A stretch of 64,000 bases of DNA from Lepidodermella squamata (lineage: Eukaryota; Animalia; Gastrotricha). This document shows positions 8,957 to 20,786 of this stretch, piece after piece. The DNA lies in contig JBLDXI010000025.1 of assembly GCA_047495785.1 (NCBI GenBank), positions 1,240,001 through 1,304,000 on the forward strand. The letters are read 5' to 3'. A model generated the notes under the pieces. The model was not told the origin of the DNA and made no database searches. It was given only the letters and a program-made list of their open reading frames with translations. The stretch's first letter is position 1; every line of letters begins with the position of its first letter. The position numbers were made by a program, and so were the translations under genes.

Positions 8957-11413
8957 ATGAAAGCGAAGCAGCTTTTTCTGGTCATAATCGTAATCACCTC
9001 TTGCGAGGCCTCTCGAAAACCACACAACATGACGATGGTGGTGATTCAACTGCTCTCCGGGATAACCGATGGATATGGGACCACGTCCGTATCAACTGCC
9101 GAACTTGTTATCAATATCGTTAACAACAGAACCGATATATTACCCGATTATCACATTGTCCCTGAATTTAAGGACGAAATGTTCGGAGACGACGTTGCCT
9201 ATCATGTTGCATCCTTTTCTCGAAGGCTCGATGAATCAAGTGGCAATTCTTCTTTCTACTCACCGATAATTTTGGGAGGCGAATTATCTTCGGGTATAAC
9301 AAAAAGTGCTCCCCTACTCAGGTCACTTAATCTGATTCAATTATGCTACACCTGCAGCGCTCCCTATTTAGCGGACCGAAGCCGATATCCAAACCTCTGG
9401 CTAACTATGGCAGGTGGTGAAGTGTTCGCAATGGCGATTGTCAAGTTAATAAAACAGATAGGAAATTGGACGAGAATCGGGATTTTAACTTCCCCGAAGA
9501 ACCCTTACGACTACACAACAGCGTCCTGTCTTCTAAAAATTGCGCTAGAGAGCAACATCTCGGTGCCAGTTTACAACATCCGGCTGGACATGGACGATGA
9601 AGCTATTAATTCTTTGATTGAGCAGGATATCAGGATTGTGGTTATAATGAACAATGATATCGATTCAATATGGCAATTTTTCTGCTCGTCGTATAATCTT
9701 GGAATGACTGGAGCGAGATACGTCTTCATGTCCGATTTAACAGTTTTCGTTAACCCAGACTTGATTCCTTACTCTCCATTTCCTGGCTGCTACAAAGATT
9801 CCATAGTTGAACAATACAAAACTTCGTTCTGGTTCATGTCAGCTACGTACAATTTCGAACCGAAGCAAAAGTCGAACTTGGGCTATGATTCGATCGAATT
9901 CGACGCTATGCTGAATGCTTATATGATTAAGCGCAACCTGTCGCAGGCGCAAGATTATGAATTTCGAATGTTTTTCCACGATGCAACTCTCAAAGCCTTG
10001 TATGCCCTTGATAGCGCTGATAGAATGCTGAAAACCCATGGCCTCTCCCTTCGCGATTACAAAACGAAACCTGTGGCCGTATCGAAAGCTGAGAATGATT
10101 CTCTTTTTATTTCGGATGTTACAGGCCTTCGAATGGGTCGTATGCGGTACAGCGAAAGAGGGCAAGTAGATGATGATGTGCTGGTTGCAGTCCATTACAG
10201 CGAAATCGCGGGCCTCACTTATCATTTCGCCCAGCGGCGGTACGAAAACGCGACATCTTTCGAATCAGAATCTTTTTACATGATTAATCTTACGGAGTTC
10301 AACTGGACCGAATGGAACGGGGGTAAACCGAGGGATTCGATGATATATCGCAAAATGAATGCAAAGGTTGACCCTTCGATTAGCACAACCATATCAGCGA
10401 TAGGAATTTTGTTGCTGGTAATAGATTTCGGAGCATTTGCTTCTATTCTATACTATTATCTCTCGTCTTATTCGGCGGTGTCACAAACCATTCCGCTGTC
10501 AAAATCGGTTGGAATTCTGTCTAGCTTGGTTTTCAGCGCTTCCGCCCTAGCGTTTGTCTCTGAATTTCCAGGCGACATTTCCATCACATTTATTCTTCGA
10601 ATATCTGCCCTAACGTTAGGAATGACTCTTCTCAGTGGGATATCCGCATACCGAGCTGTAGCTATAGAATGGATAGTTTCAAAATCATGGGTAAATACTG
10701 CTGCACTGAGGTTGAGCAGCCATCGACCCAGTGAAGTTAGAGCCAGCTTCTCAAACGTTATAGAAAATGGTTCCAAATCAGCTGATCTCTTCATTCTTAA
10801 ATATTCAACAGGTCATCTAGCCGTCAATATTGCCGCTTTTCTTACTTGGCTAGCGTCGGATCCTCTCATATGCCTGGATGAGGCCATTAATCAAGGAAGT
10901 AAATATCATTACGAATCTGACACATATACAGATCTAATTCACAAAACGTGTTATTCCGAATATATGCATCTGTGGAGCTCTGTTGCCATTATTTTCAACA
11001 TTTGCTTGCTACTATTTGGATCTCTCAAGTACTACCGCATCAAGAGGCATCTGCGGGGTTTTCAAGCGTTGATTGACATTCCTTTGAATCTTATAAGCCT
11101 GATATCGCTCACGATAGCTGCTGTAATGATTTTCTTCGTCTTAAACAATCCTATACATCGACAGGTGGCCATATCCAATGTTTGTTTACTGATTTCAATA
11201 GCTTCGACAGCAGCGTGGTTGAAACCGCATTTTGCTAGGGAGATAACTGTTTCAAATCCTTCTGTCACTTCTTTCCAGCCAGAGGCGAGATCATCTCGGG
11301 CAGTTCTTCCTCAAGGTCGCCATTCAACGGTGCACATGCCTTGTAACGAGGATAGAATCATTCAAGTCAAGCCATATGCGGCTGAAATCGGTAAGGAAAT
11401 TACTGTGAACTAA
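8957..11413 (+). CDS. Class C GPCR, GABA-B-like, single exon
   Basis: 818 aa, signal peptide, same VFT motifs (NPYDYTTA, RGQVDDD), 7TM. Confidence 0.9.
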   Translation: MKAKQLFLVIIVITSCEASRKPHNMTMVVIQLLSGITDGYGTTSVSTAELVINIVNNRTDILPDYHIVPEFKDEMFGDDVAYHVASFSRRLDESSGNSSFYSPIILGGELSSGITKSAPLLRSLNLIQLCYTCSAPYLADRSRYPNLWLTMAGGEVFAMAIVKLIKQIGNWTRIGILTSPKNPYDYTTASCLLKIALESNISVPVYNIRLDMDDEAINSLIEQDIRIVVIMNNDIDSIWQFFCSSYNLGMTGARYVFMSDLTVFVNPDLIPYSPFPGCYKDSIVEQYKTSFWFMSATYNFEPKQKSNLGYDSIEFDAMLNAYMIKRNLSQAQDYEFRMFFHDATLKALYALDSADRMLKTHGLSLRDYKTKPVAVSKAENDSLFISDVTGLRMGRMRYSERGQVDDDVLVAVHYSEIAGLTYHFAQRRYENATSFESESFYMINLTEFNWTEWNGGKPRDSMIYRKMNAKVDPSISTTISAIGILLLVIDFGAFASILYYYLSSYSAVSQTIPLSKSVGILSSLVFSASALAFVSEFPGDISITFILRISALTLGMTLLSGISAYRAVAIEWIVSKSWVNTAALRLSSHRPSEVRASFSNVIENGSKSADLFILKYSTGHLAVNIAAFLTWLASDPLICLDEAINQGSKYHYESDTYTDLIHKTCYSEYMHLWSSVAIIFNICLLLFGSLKYYRIKRHLRGFQALIDIPLNLISLISLTIAAVMIFFVLNNPIHRQVAISNVCLLISIASTAAWLKPHFAREITVSNPSVTSFQPEARSSRAVLPQGRHSTVHMPCNEDRIIQVKPYAAEIGKEITVN

Positions 11414-11979
11414 ATATTCGATCAATGAACCAAAAAAGACTGCAATGGCTAATATAGGCTATCTGTCCGCCACTGTTTGAAATAAACTTAATGAGCGGGA
11501 AATTTTCGGGCGAAAGCAGAAATTATCTTTGCGCTCTGAGTGCATAAAAGGCGCTATTCTTTCAGCTTCTATTAACCGAAATAATCTTCTTAACAAGAAT
11601 AATCTGTAGAATGATATTAGACGTTTTTGACTGGGTTGGATGTTCATAGGATTAGAACACTAGCGTCTCATAGATGCTCTCTTTGCTGTCACACAAAATG
11701 TCACTTGGCTTGACAGTAGAGTTAAAGGACTAAACTGCTGATTCCCAGACATATTGAAGAGCAGATTGAAATCCCACTTTTTGATGGGGAACTAATAACT
11801 GAAATGTGATTAGCATCCAATGTTCTCCTCTTTTGCTCGCCGAAGTCGCCGAAATGCGGGGATACTATTCATAAGAGAAGATTAATAATTAGGTTCAATA
11901 CTAATGCATCAGAAATGCCCTACTGTGAGTGAAATTCGTGCGATACGAAAATAGTGAGGACCGCGAGACCTGAAGTATC

Positions 11980-14325
11980 ATGATTTCAGCTAGACTTATT
12001 TTTCTATCTTTCTCGCTGCAATTTGCGTCTAACAAGCCTTTTAACCTGACTTTACTCCAAATCTACGTTTTCTCGGAGAACAGCCCTGGCTATGGCAATG
12101 CCTGCAGATCCACGGCTGAGCTAGTTATCAGCATCGCCAACGATAGATCAGACTTGCTGCAAGATTACAACATTGTATCTGTTTTTGAAGACGAGGCTCT
12201 TGGGAAAGCAACAGCTCGCCATGTTGCGCAGTACGCTCGTAAAATCGAAGATGGGAATAATTCTACCTACTATTCGCCTATCATTCTTGGGGGCGATCTG
12301 TCGTCTGGAATCATTAAAAGCGCCCCACTGCTTCAACCTCTCAATCTGATTCAAATGTGCTATTCCTGTAGTGCTCCGAATCTTGCAGATCATAGCCGTT
12401 ATCCAAACCTGTGGCTTACTATAGGGAGTGGAGATGTATTCGCGATGGCCATGGTCAACTTTATAAAACAAGTTGGACAATGGCGTAGAATAGGAATCAT
12501 TACATCCCCAACCAATCCTTATGACTACACAACATCTGCATGGATACTGAAAATTGCTATCGAGAACAACATAACAATACCGGTTTACAATATTCGAATG
12601 GATTTTGGGGATGAAGCTGTGATGCCATTTATCGAGCAAGATATTAGAATTATCGTCATGATGACGACGGAAACAGATTCTGCATATCAGTTCTTCTGCT
12701 CGGCGTACAATCTTGGAATTCGAGGCAGCAAATACGTATTCATGCTCGATGTAGCTGTATACACCGAGCCATCTCTATTATCAGATGAAATCGGCCCTGG
12801 TTGCGATAAATCGAGTATTCTCCAGCAATATAGCATATCTTTTTGGTTAACCTCTATTCTTGTGAATCTAGATAAAAATCAGAAGTCGGAATTAGGCTAC
12901 TCCGTTAAAGAATTTGATGCGATGTTGTCTAGCTATATGCAAGATCGCAACATTTCGAATTCCCAAGAATACGTGTTCCGGATGACTTGCCACGACCCAA
13001 CTCTTCAAACCCTGTACGCACTGGACGATGCTGATAGGAAACTCAAGAAACTTGGCTATTCATTGCGAGACTATCGAAGTCACCCGAACATAGTGTTGAA
13101 AGCAGTCAATGAATCTATTGCTACAACTTCGATAACCGGCCTTAGAATAGGAAAGATCAAGTATAGTTCCAGGGGTCAAATAGATGATGACCTAATAGTG
13201 GTGATGCATCACGAACCAAATTCAGGCCTGCGAAACTTATTTCTTCAACGCAGGCATGAAAATGCGACGGAATTCCGAATGGAGTCGTTTTTCCTTGGAA
13301 GATTAGTCAGCTATGACTGGTCTGATTGGAGCGGCCACATCCCCAAAGATTCGATGAGCTACGCCGAAGAAATAGCTAGAGTTGGATCCTCCGTGTCCAG
13401 TGCAATTATCGTTCTCTCCGCATTGCTGATTCTAGTAGAACTATCGGCTATAATTTGGCTGGCACAAAATCTCAGAAATCCTAATCTTTTACAAATTATG
13501 CCAATGACAAAGGCATTAGGCTTATTTGGTTGTAGCGTAATCAACTTCGCATCTATCTCGTTCGCAACAAATTCGGATAATCATTACGTATTAGCAGTTT
13601 CGCGGGTGGCTTTACTGGTCTTAGGGCTTAGTATCGTGAATGGGGTAGTTCTGCTTCGAGTTATAGCTGTCTCCCATGCTTTCCATCGAGTCAATCCAGA
13701 ACAACAAGGTAATCGCAGAAGGCTGTCAGTTTTTCCAAGGAGTTCCATTCCGCGAGCATCCTTTTCATATGAATCAGCGAGATTAAATGACAGATCCGCA
13801 GCTGGTCGCTCAGCAGCATTTTCTGGGCTGAATATCCTTCTATTCGTGGTCTGGATAACTTCCAGCCCATGGTCTTGTCAGTTAGCCCCAGATCAAACGG
13901 GACCAGTTTATTTGAAGCTTTCAGATTCCTATTTACTAACGCTATTTGCCCGCTGTTCCTCGAAATATCATCTAGTGTGGATTCTACTTTTCTTCATTGT
14001 AAACCTCTTATCACTTGCTTTAGCTGGTGCAATGTTTTACAAGTTAGTCCAACGCAAATCAAGCCTCGAAGGAATGAAAGATCTGGGAATAAATGTTGTT
14101 GTCAATATTTCAATCTTAGTTTCCACCTTGCTGATAATGGTGCTACTAAGCAACCCAATTAGCCAGCAATTAGTCATCGCAGCAGCATGCATGCTATTGT
14201 CGTCATCTGCAACAGCCTTATGGATACAACCGCACGTTAAAATAGCCAGAAAGTGTGTGGATGCTATTTTTCACCTGAGGTCTGCGAATCATTTCGTTGA
14301 CCTTCAACAATTGAAACGGATGTAA
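11980..14325 (+). CDS. Class C GPCR, GABA-B-like, single exon
   Basis: 781 aa, same family motifs and 7TM. Confidence 0.9.
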   Translation: MISARLIFLSFSLQFASNKPFNLTLLQIYVFSENSPGYGNACRSTAELVISIANDRSDLLQDYNIVSVFEDEALGKATARHVAQYARKIEDGNNSTYYSPIILGGDLSSGIIKSAPLLQPLNLIQMCYSCSAPNLADHSRYPNLWLTIGSGDVFAMAMVNFIKQVGQWRRIGIITSPTNPYDYTTSAWILKIAIENNITIPVYNIRMDFGDEAVMPFIEQDIRIIVMMTTETDSAYQFFCSAYNLGIRGSKYVFMLDVAVYTEPSLLSDEIGPGCDKSSILQQYSISFWLTSILVNLDKNQKSELGYSVKEFDAMLSSYMQDRNISNSQEYVFRMTCHDPTLQTLYALDDADRKLKKLGYSLRDYRSHPNIVLKAVNESIATTSITGLRIGKIKYSSRGQIDDDLIVVMHHEPNSGLRNLFLQRRHENATEFRMESFFLGRLVSYDWSDWSGHIPKDSMSYAEEIARVGSSVSSAIIVLSALLILVELSAIIWLAQNLRNPNLLQIMPMTKALGLFGCSVINFASISFATNSDNHYVLAVSRVALLVLGLSIVNGVVLLRVIAVSHAFHRVNPEQQGNRRRLSVFPRSSIPRASFSYESARLNDRSAAGRSAAFSGLNILLFVVWITSSPWSCQLAPDQTGPVYLKLSDSYLLTLFARCSSKYHLVWILLFFIVNLLSLALAGAMFYKLVQRKSSLEGMKDLGINVVVNISILVSTLLIMVLLSNPISQQLVIAAACMLLSSSATALWIQPHVKIARKCVDAIFHLRSANHFVDLQQLKRM

Positions 14326-14875
14326 TTGATAGCTCGTTTGTTAATAGCTGCACTTCTTGGATGGCCATTTTTGTTAATAAAAGAGACTGACTTCCGTCAT
14401 AGTTCATGAACAAGAGAGAATTTCCATTTCATTCTCATAAATAGGGTCTTCTGATAACACATTCCATCAATGATTTACCAGAAACTTGTTTGGAGTTTGG
14501 AGTGATACGGGCTTCCAGGTCATCTCTAAATCGATGAGCGCTCTGAACTCCTTCTCAGGAATTTTTTTAAGCAGCGAAGGTTCAAAAAATGTAATCAGAC
14601 GTATTGATTAAAAAGCTCGCCCAACTAATATTAGTCATTTTCACACTCACGTTCTTCGAATACCCCCACATACGTTCTCTAGGCGACTGCGTGTCATAGA
14701 AACATGGGATGGGCAATAAAGTTGGGCATTCCTTCTGTCAACTGAAACTTCATAGGATCTTCATTATAGTCCAGCTTTGCAGGATCAAAGTCAACGTTTA
14801 GCTAAAAAAACTGAAAGTCACTTTGTCACTTCGTCGTCAGCGTCGTGAAACATCAAAAATAGAGGATTAAAAAGC

Positions 14876-17693
14876 ATGAAGAAAAGCAAGGTTATACTTT
14901 TTCTGTCAGCGATTTTTACTTGTTGTGATTCGATGAAGCCCAACAACATGAGCCTTCTTCAAATTTACAAATTTTCTGGATTCACTCCTGGATACGGCAA
15001 TTCCTGTCGCGCTACTGCGGAACTTGTAATCGATATCGTGAATAATAGAGCTGATTTTCTGGCTGATTACAACATAATCCCTGTTTTCAAGGACGAAGTT
15101 ATGGGCAGAAATACCGCTCGAGAGGTTGCTCTATACTCGCAATCTACATGAGACGTACCAGGACGCAGCGGCTTCGAAGCTCCCGTTATCCGGGTTTGCG
15201 TAAAAAATCACGTGACGTGTTTAGCATAAGTGTGCATAATAATTACTTTCGATGGCAAATTTTTTATTTAATATAAAATTAATTTGCCATCGAAAATAAA
15301 AATTATAATTGATAACAAAATAACCGATCTTTTCGCGACCCCGCCGTTTTCTTTAAGATCTAGATCTTCAGGCCACTGCAAAAAACTGATCTTTGCGTAA
15401 ATACGTGATTTTCATGAATGAGATTTTTTGCTGGTCGTAGAAGAAAAATAACGACCGCTACTAATGAGGTTATTTTTAGCCACAACGACCTTTGGACCTT
15501 ATTAAAAAATAACACAAAAATCAGGCATCTAAATCGAGGCGCCGCGTCCTGGTACGTCTCATGGCAATCTATGGATGAGCACTCTGGCACTTACTACTCC
15601 CCAATAATTCTGGGCAGTGCAATTTCTTCCGGTGTAGTGAGAAGCGCCCCACTGTTGAAGCCGCTGAACCTTATTCAAATGTGTTACACATGCAGCGCTA
15701 CTTACCTTGCAGACCATACTAAGTATCCCAACTTATGGCTAACAATCGCTGGAGGTGATGTTATGGCAATGGCTATCGTCAAGTTTATCAAACAAGTTGG
15801 TCGCTGGAAAAGGATAGGAATCCTTACTTCTCCTAACAACCCTTACGACTACGTTACAGCCTCATGGGTACTCAAAATCGCATTGGAGAGCAACATCTCA
15901 GTGCCCGCCTTTGACATCAGATTGGACTTGGGGGCTGAAGCGGCTCAGTCATTCCTAGATCAGGACATTCGAATCATTGTCGTTATGACTACTGGGACTG
16001 ATTCGACCTGGCAGTTTTTCTGCGCGGCTTACAAACTTGGAATGTATGGCAGCAGGTACGTCTTTATGTTTGACTTCACTTTATATCTCGCTCCAGAGCT
16101 CTTGGCTGAACTCGTCTTACCTGGTTGTCCCAAGCGTGTTATTACCGAGCAATACAAATCCTCGATATGGTTCATGTCTGCTATTCGCAATTTTGACGCT
16201 GATGAAAAGTCCGACTTGGGTTATTCCGCTGTCGAATTCGATGAATTTTTAGATGACTACATGAAAGAACGGTATCCCGATCCCAAGAGTATGATCTAAG
16301 AAGAATCTGCCATGATACCACCCTGAAAGCTCTTTACGCGCTTGATAAGGCCGACGAAAAGCTGAAAATACGCGGCCTGTCACTCAAGGATTACTTGAAG
16401 TATCCAGAAATTATTTCGAAGGCAGTGAATGAATCAATCTCGAATTCAGTTGTAAACGGCCTTCGAATGGGACGAATGCAATATAGTGAACGGGGCCAAG
16501 TCGACGATGATCAGCTGGTTGTTATGTATGTCGATCCGAAGAAGGGCGTCCTGAACCATTTCCTACAAAAGAAGTACAAAAACGCGACCAATTTCAAGGA
16601 AGATTCCTTTTTCCTTCAAGCTTTGACACCTTACAATTGGGAAGGCTGGAAAGGCGTTGCTCCTCGAGATGCTAGGATTTACGAATCAGTTTCCGTGGAA
16701 GTTTCCACTAAGAGATTTGCGGCTATTTCAAGTCTTTGCATTTTGGCTTCAATCTTTGATGTTACGGTTCTGGTCGGTTTTTTGCTGCGGTATTTGAACC
16801 CAGCCATTCCATGTTACCAGAGCATGGCCATTACGAACATTCTTGGACTGTTTTCTTGCGTTATTCTCAACTCTTCATCGATTGCTTTTGCAGCTGAGGG
16901 GCGAGACCACGCCGAAATATTTGAAGTAAGAACTTCATTGCTGGTTATAGGGCTCAGTCTTCTGAACGGGGCAATCTCATTCAACGCCGTGTTTACCTAC
17001 AGGCTTGCTGTGCATTTCGTGACTATCAGAATTCCTTATATTCCTTCGGACACCGCCGCCGATCCTATAGCTGATAGACGAGGACTTTGCGTCAAATTAG
17101 GTAGATCTCATGATAAGAAAGCTTTGGCTTGCTCTCTCAGCTGTACCGCCTGCGCTTTGGCGATCCTTATTATGTGGTTTATTATTGACCCGCTTAAATG
17201 TTCCGAAGAAGTTATTTCTGGGGGCGAGTTTTATGACCAGCGTTTGGACACTCTCTTCAAAATGCTTTACACTAAGTGCGTTTCTGTCAATCAGGCTGCT
17301 TGGGTTTGGTCACTAATTGCAGTCCATCTGATCGTCCTAGGCTTTGGATCCGTGTCTTACTATAGGTTGAAGAGATTAGCTGTCAACAATCTGAAGGACG
17401 AGGTTTTGAATGACATACCGATCAATCTTGTTCTTTCGATCTCCATGTTGGTTGCAACTTCGCTTATCGTGATTATTTTGAAGGATCCTATAAGCCAAAG
17501 ATTGGTCATAGCCTCGTCTTGCTTTTTGCAATCTGCAGTTGTTTCTGCAACTTGGTTTTACTCTGCTATGAAAGAGACACAGAAGGTGAAATGCAGTAGC
17601 AGTGAAAGCGTTTCGGTCGCGGTTGCTACTTCAGGGCAAGGGATGTCTAAACTGCCGAATAACAGAAAAACATTTTCGCTGCGAATTCGTTGA
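14876..17693 (+). pseudogene. Disrupted class C GPCR paralog (MITE insertion + frameshift)
   Basis: Three ORF pieces reconstruct a full paralog: removing 15147-15571 restores YSQSMDEHSGTYYSP; a frameshift near 16273-16280 (8 nt where paralogs have 12) precedes SQEYDLRRICHD. Confidence 0.88.
15147..15563. mobile_element. 417-bp non-autonomous DNA transposon (MITE), CATG termini, 8-bp TSD (P-element-like)
   Basis: TIR CATGAGACGTACCAGGACGC (20 bp perfect, extends imperfectly); TSD GCAATCTA at 15139-15146 and 15564-15571. Confidence 0.92.
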
Positions 17694-18311
17694 GAAAGTC
17701 GAATAATGTGACATAATGATGATAGAATAAACCAATTGAATCTGTTGAAGGAGGCTGAAGGGTCTTATAGAATAATAGAAAAACATTGAGTCAACTATTT
17801 TGTAAAAACAATAACGTGTATTATCCGGAAATTCTATTTCTGGAAAGTAGTCGACGCGGGTTCATGTCATTTCAAGTCACTTGTGGCAAGCTTTCTTCCT
17901 GACGAGGGCACAGCTCAAAGTATAACGTCTGCTGAAAATTGGCCTAGTACAGGGGCAGCTGAAGTTTCTCAAAGCCAAACTGTGAACTCATTAAACGTGG
18001 TGGATTGCACCATCGGACTACTATATGCAATATGTTTTTTGCAGGAATAATATTTTCTTTTCAAGCTTGGGTTCCATGCGTGCAGACACCCGGTTTTGCG
18101 GCATCGCCTTTTTTCGTTTTTCTCAGTCGATTAGGTCGGAATACAAATTTCTTATTATTCATAACAAGCGCCGTCTCTACACGTAGCATTGTTTAATCAG
18201 CCGGGCCGAAGGGCACAAGGAGATGGTATTAGGGCGATCTCATCATTCGTCCTATTTCGAAAAGCAAGGATATTTTCATTTTAACAAATTAATATTTTCA
18301 TCACCGAGATA

Positions 18312-19071
18312 ATGAAGGCACCTATTGTGATCGCTATATTGGTAAGATAGCCCACTCTTAATAACGCTCTCTAGCCACGTTTTCTCACAGGCCATTGTGA
18401 CTCTCATCGCCGAGGGAAACCCGGTTTCGACAAGCCGTCAGGATGCCGCAAACCCTGAGGGTTCCCGTCAGGATGCTGCAAACCCTGAGGGTTCCCGTCA
18501 AGATGCCGCAAACCCTGAGGGTTCCCGTCAGGATGCTGCAAACCCTGAGGGTTCCCGTCAAGATGCCGCAAACCCTGAGGGTTCCCGTCAGGATGCCGCA
18601 AACCCTGAGGGTTCCCGTCAAGATGCCGCAAACCCTGAGGGTTCCCGTCAAGATGCCGCAAACCCCGAGGGTTCCCGTCAGGATGCCGCAAACCCTGAGG
18701 GATCCCGTCAAGATGCTGCAAACCCTGAGGGTTCCCGTCAAGATGCCGCAAACCCTGAGGGATCCCGTCAAGATGCCGCAAACCCTGAGGGTTCCCGTCA
18801 GGATGCCGCAAACCCTGAGGGTTCCCGTCAGGATGCCGCAAACCCTGAGGGTTCCCGTCAGGATGCCGCAAACCCTGAGGGATCCCGTCAAGATGCTGCA
18901 AACCCTGAGGGTTCCCGTCAGGATGCTGCAAACCCTGAGGGATCCCGTCAGGATGCCGCAAACCCTGAGGGTTCCCGTCAGGATGCCGCAAACCCTGAGG
19001 GTTCCCGTCAGGATGCCGCAAACCCTGAGGTTTCCCGTCAGGATGCTGCAAATTCTGAAATCTCTCGCTAA
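18312..19071 (+). CDS. Secreted repetitive protein / candidate peptide precursor: signal peptide + 21 x QDAANPEGSR-type units; exons 18312-18341 and 18391-19071
   Basis: ATG 18312 MKAPIVIAIL, gtaag donor 18342, ttttctcacag acceptor 18390 (49-bp intron, phase 0) joining to AIVTLIAEG-NPVSTSR; variants in the first 19 units are all synonymous; AATAAA at 19200. Confidence 0.82.
18435..19052 (+). repeat. 30-bp tandem repeat, ~21 copies (coding minisatellite)
   Basis: Unit CCGTCAGGATGCCGCAAACCCTGAGGGTTC with variants at four third-codon positions. Confidence 0.97.
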
Positions 19072-20019
19072 GATACCCGGATAATTCCCGCCGACAGTAG
19101 AGTGAGTGAATGTTCATACGCGACAGGAATCTGGGAACGTTCCTTTCATGATATCCCACTATATCTCTTTTCGTAGGTTGAAAGAAGTTCCCATCATGGA
19201 ATAAAGCAAAACAAATTTTCAATTTGGTCATTTTTGAAAATATAACCAAGTCGTTGTGTAATAGCGGTTCTTAGTGTTTTATTTTTTTGAGATGGCTTTC
19301 TAAATCAAATATGAAAGGTCACCGTGAAAATGATAATGCAGAACCAAGAACATTGATTACAGTTTACATAGGGATTAATATATTAGCAGAGCTTGATAAT
19401 ACGTTCTAACCTGAGAAGCACATATTTTCATACACCCCATATATTCCACTCAATCGTTGCCGTAGCAGTTTAGCTTCCGTGCCTGTCCATTATTACGATC
19501 TTCCGCTGTTACATCGGATTTGACTTTTATTACGAACTCGAACTTTTAGTTGATTAATGAATATAAGATACAAAATATTATATGAATGCGATGAGGCCGC
19601 TCGATGAGCATTTAGCGCCTGTTCAAACATAGATAGATGCCAAAACTGCCCCAGCGTTTTTTGTGGCCTAGAGTATCGCCACTCTAAGAGAATAACAACA
19701 GCTGAAGATGCAATGACGCCTAAAACTTCAAGTCAAAAATAATATTAGAAAATTCTTATATATTTGCTGCATTGTAATACAACAGGCAAAGCATTGTCAT
19801 ATATGCATTGTCTTCTGTACATTGCCGGAAAAAAACCGGAAAAAACATAAGAGCGCACATATTATGACGACATAGAACCGCACTTTCGCGGCATGTAATT
19901 ACGCGCGAAAGATGTTGAAGGCACGAAAAATAGTAAAATACTGTTTACCCTCCTTTACAGCCGTATCGTGTATGAGTATCAAGTCTCCTGAGCCGTTATG
20001 GCAACTTATGAATCATGAA

Positions 20020-20092
20020 GGGGGATTAGCTCAAATGGTAGAGCGCTCGCTTAGCATGCGAGAGGTAACGGGATCGACGCCCGTATCCTCCA
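20020..20092 (+). tRNA. tRNA-Ala (AGC)
   Basis: GGGGGATTAGCTCAAATGGTAGAGCGCTCGCTTAGCATGCGAGAGGT...GGATCGACGCCCGTATCCTCCA; anticodon arm CTCGC-TT-AGC-AT-GCGAG; followed by T-run terminator. Confidence 0.97.
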
Positions 20093-20205
20093 ATTTTTTT
20101 TTTTTTTTAATTTTTTTTTAAATAATAATTTCACGTCTTTTTTCATTTATATCAATTGGTTCGCACCTAATGACGGCATAACACAAAAGGTCGATGGCTT
20201 GAGGT

Positions 20206-20783
20206 TTAAGAAGAAATTCTGTGAACCATGCCATCTCTTGCCCTGAGCCATATTAGCGAAATGAATTTTCCTCTTTGTGTCAATATGTGCACGAGGTTGA
20301 TAAACGTAGCAAATGTTGACAAGACTGCGTATAGGGACGACACAGATCTCTTCGCTAGAACTGAGCTTGCAAACAAGATGACTGCAGACGCTGAGGTGAC
20401 CAACACTACATTTATCGCGCATTCCCGATGTAGGTCGCTGTTCAGACGGCTAAAGCTAGAAATCTGACTCGAAGTAAGGTCCTTGAGAGAGTCACGATTC
20501 CTATGGCTAGCATTTGATATCCGGCTTGGACTAATGTCCTTCAGAGAGACACAAGTCACTCGAGGTCGAGGTTTCTTGGCAGTCTTCCACTTTTGCAATG
20601 TCAAAAATCCCAGAAAAATAGCTATGAATGTCAGAATTACTAATAAGCTGATTTCAACCAGTAATAGCGCGTTGTTCGTTCCAACGCCACATGATAAAAA
20701 AAGATTTTCCAGGAAAGTATCAGTGTCTTGAGAGTAAGACTGCGATACAATGACGATTGATTCAAGCATTGATCCCGAAAAAA
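20206..20783 (-). pseudogene. Duplicated 3' fragment (ECL2 to C-terminus) of the GPCR at 22353-24827
   Basis: Matches 22353-22930; truncated at the duplication junction. Confidence 0.85.
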
Positions 20784-20786
20784 CGA

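Noticed and set aside
15418-15563. N-terminal extension MRFFAGRRRK... of the 293-aa ORF
   Set aside because: Derived from MITE sequence read in frame; no signal peptide
18385-19249. Other open frames across the repeat (LRVCGILTGT, MPQTLRVPVR, GNPQGLRHPD)
   Set aside because: A stop-free 30-mer opens several frames; only the QDAANPEGSR frame has synonymous-only variation and a spliced signal exon
19912-20121. 69-aa ORF (and copy at 22059-22268)
   Set aside because: Spurious translation across the tRNA-Ala gene
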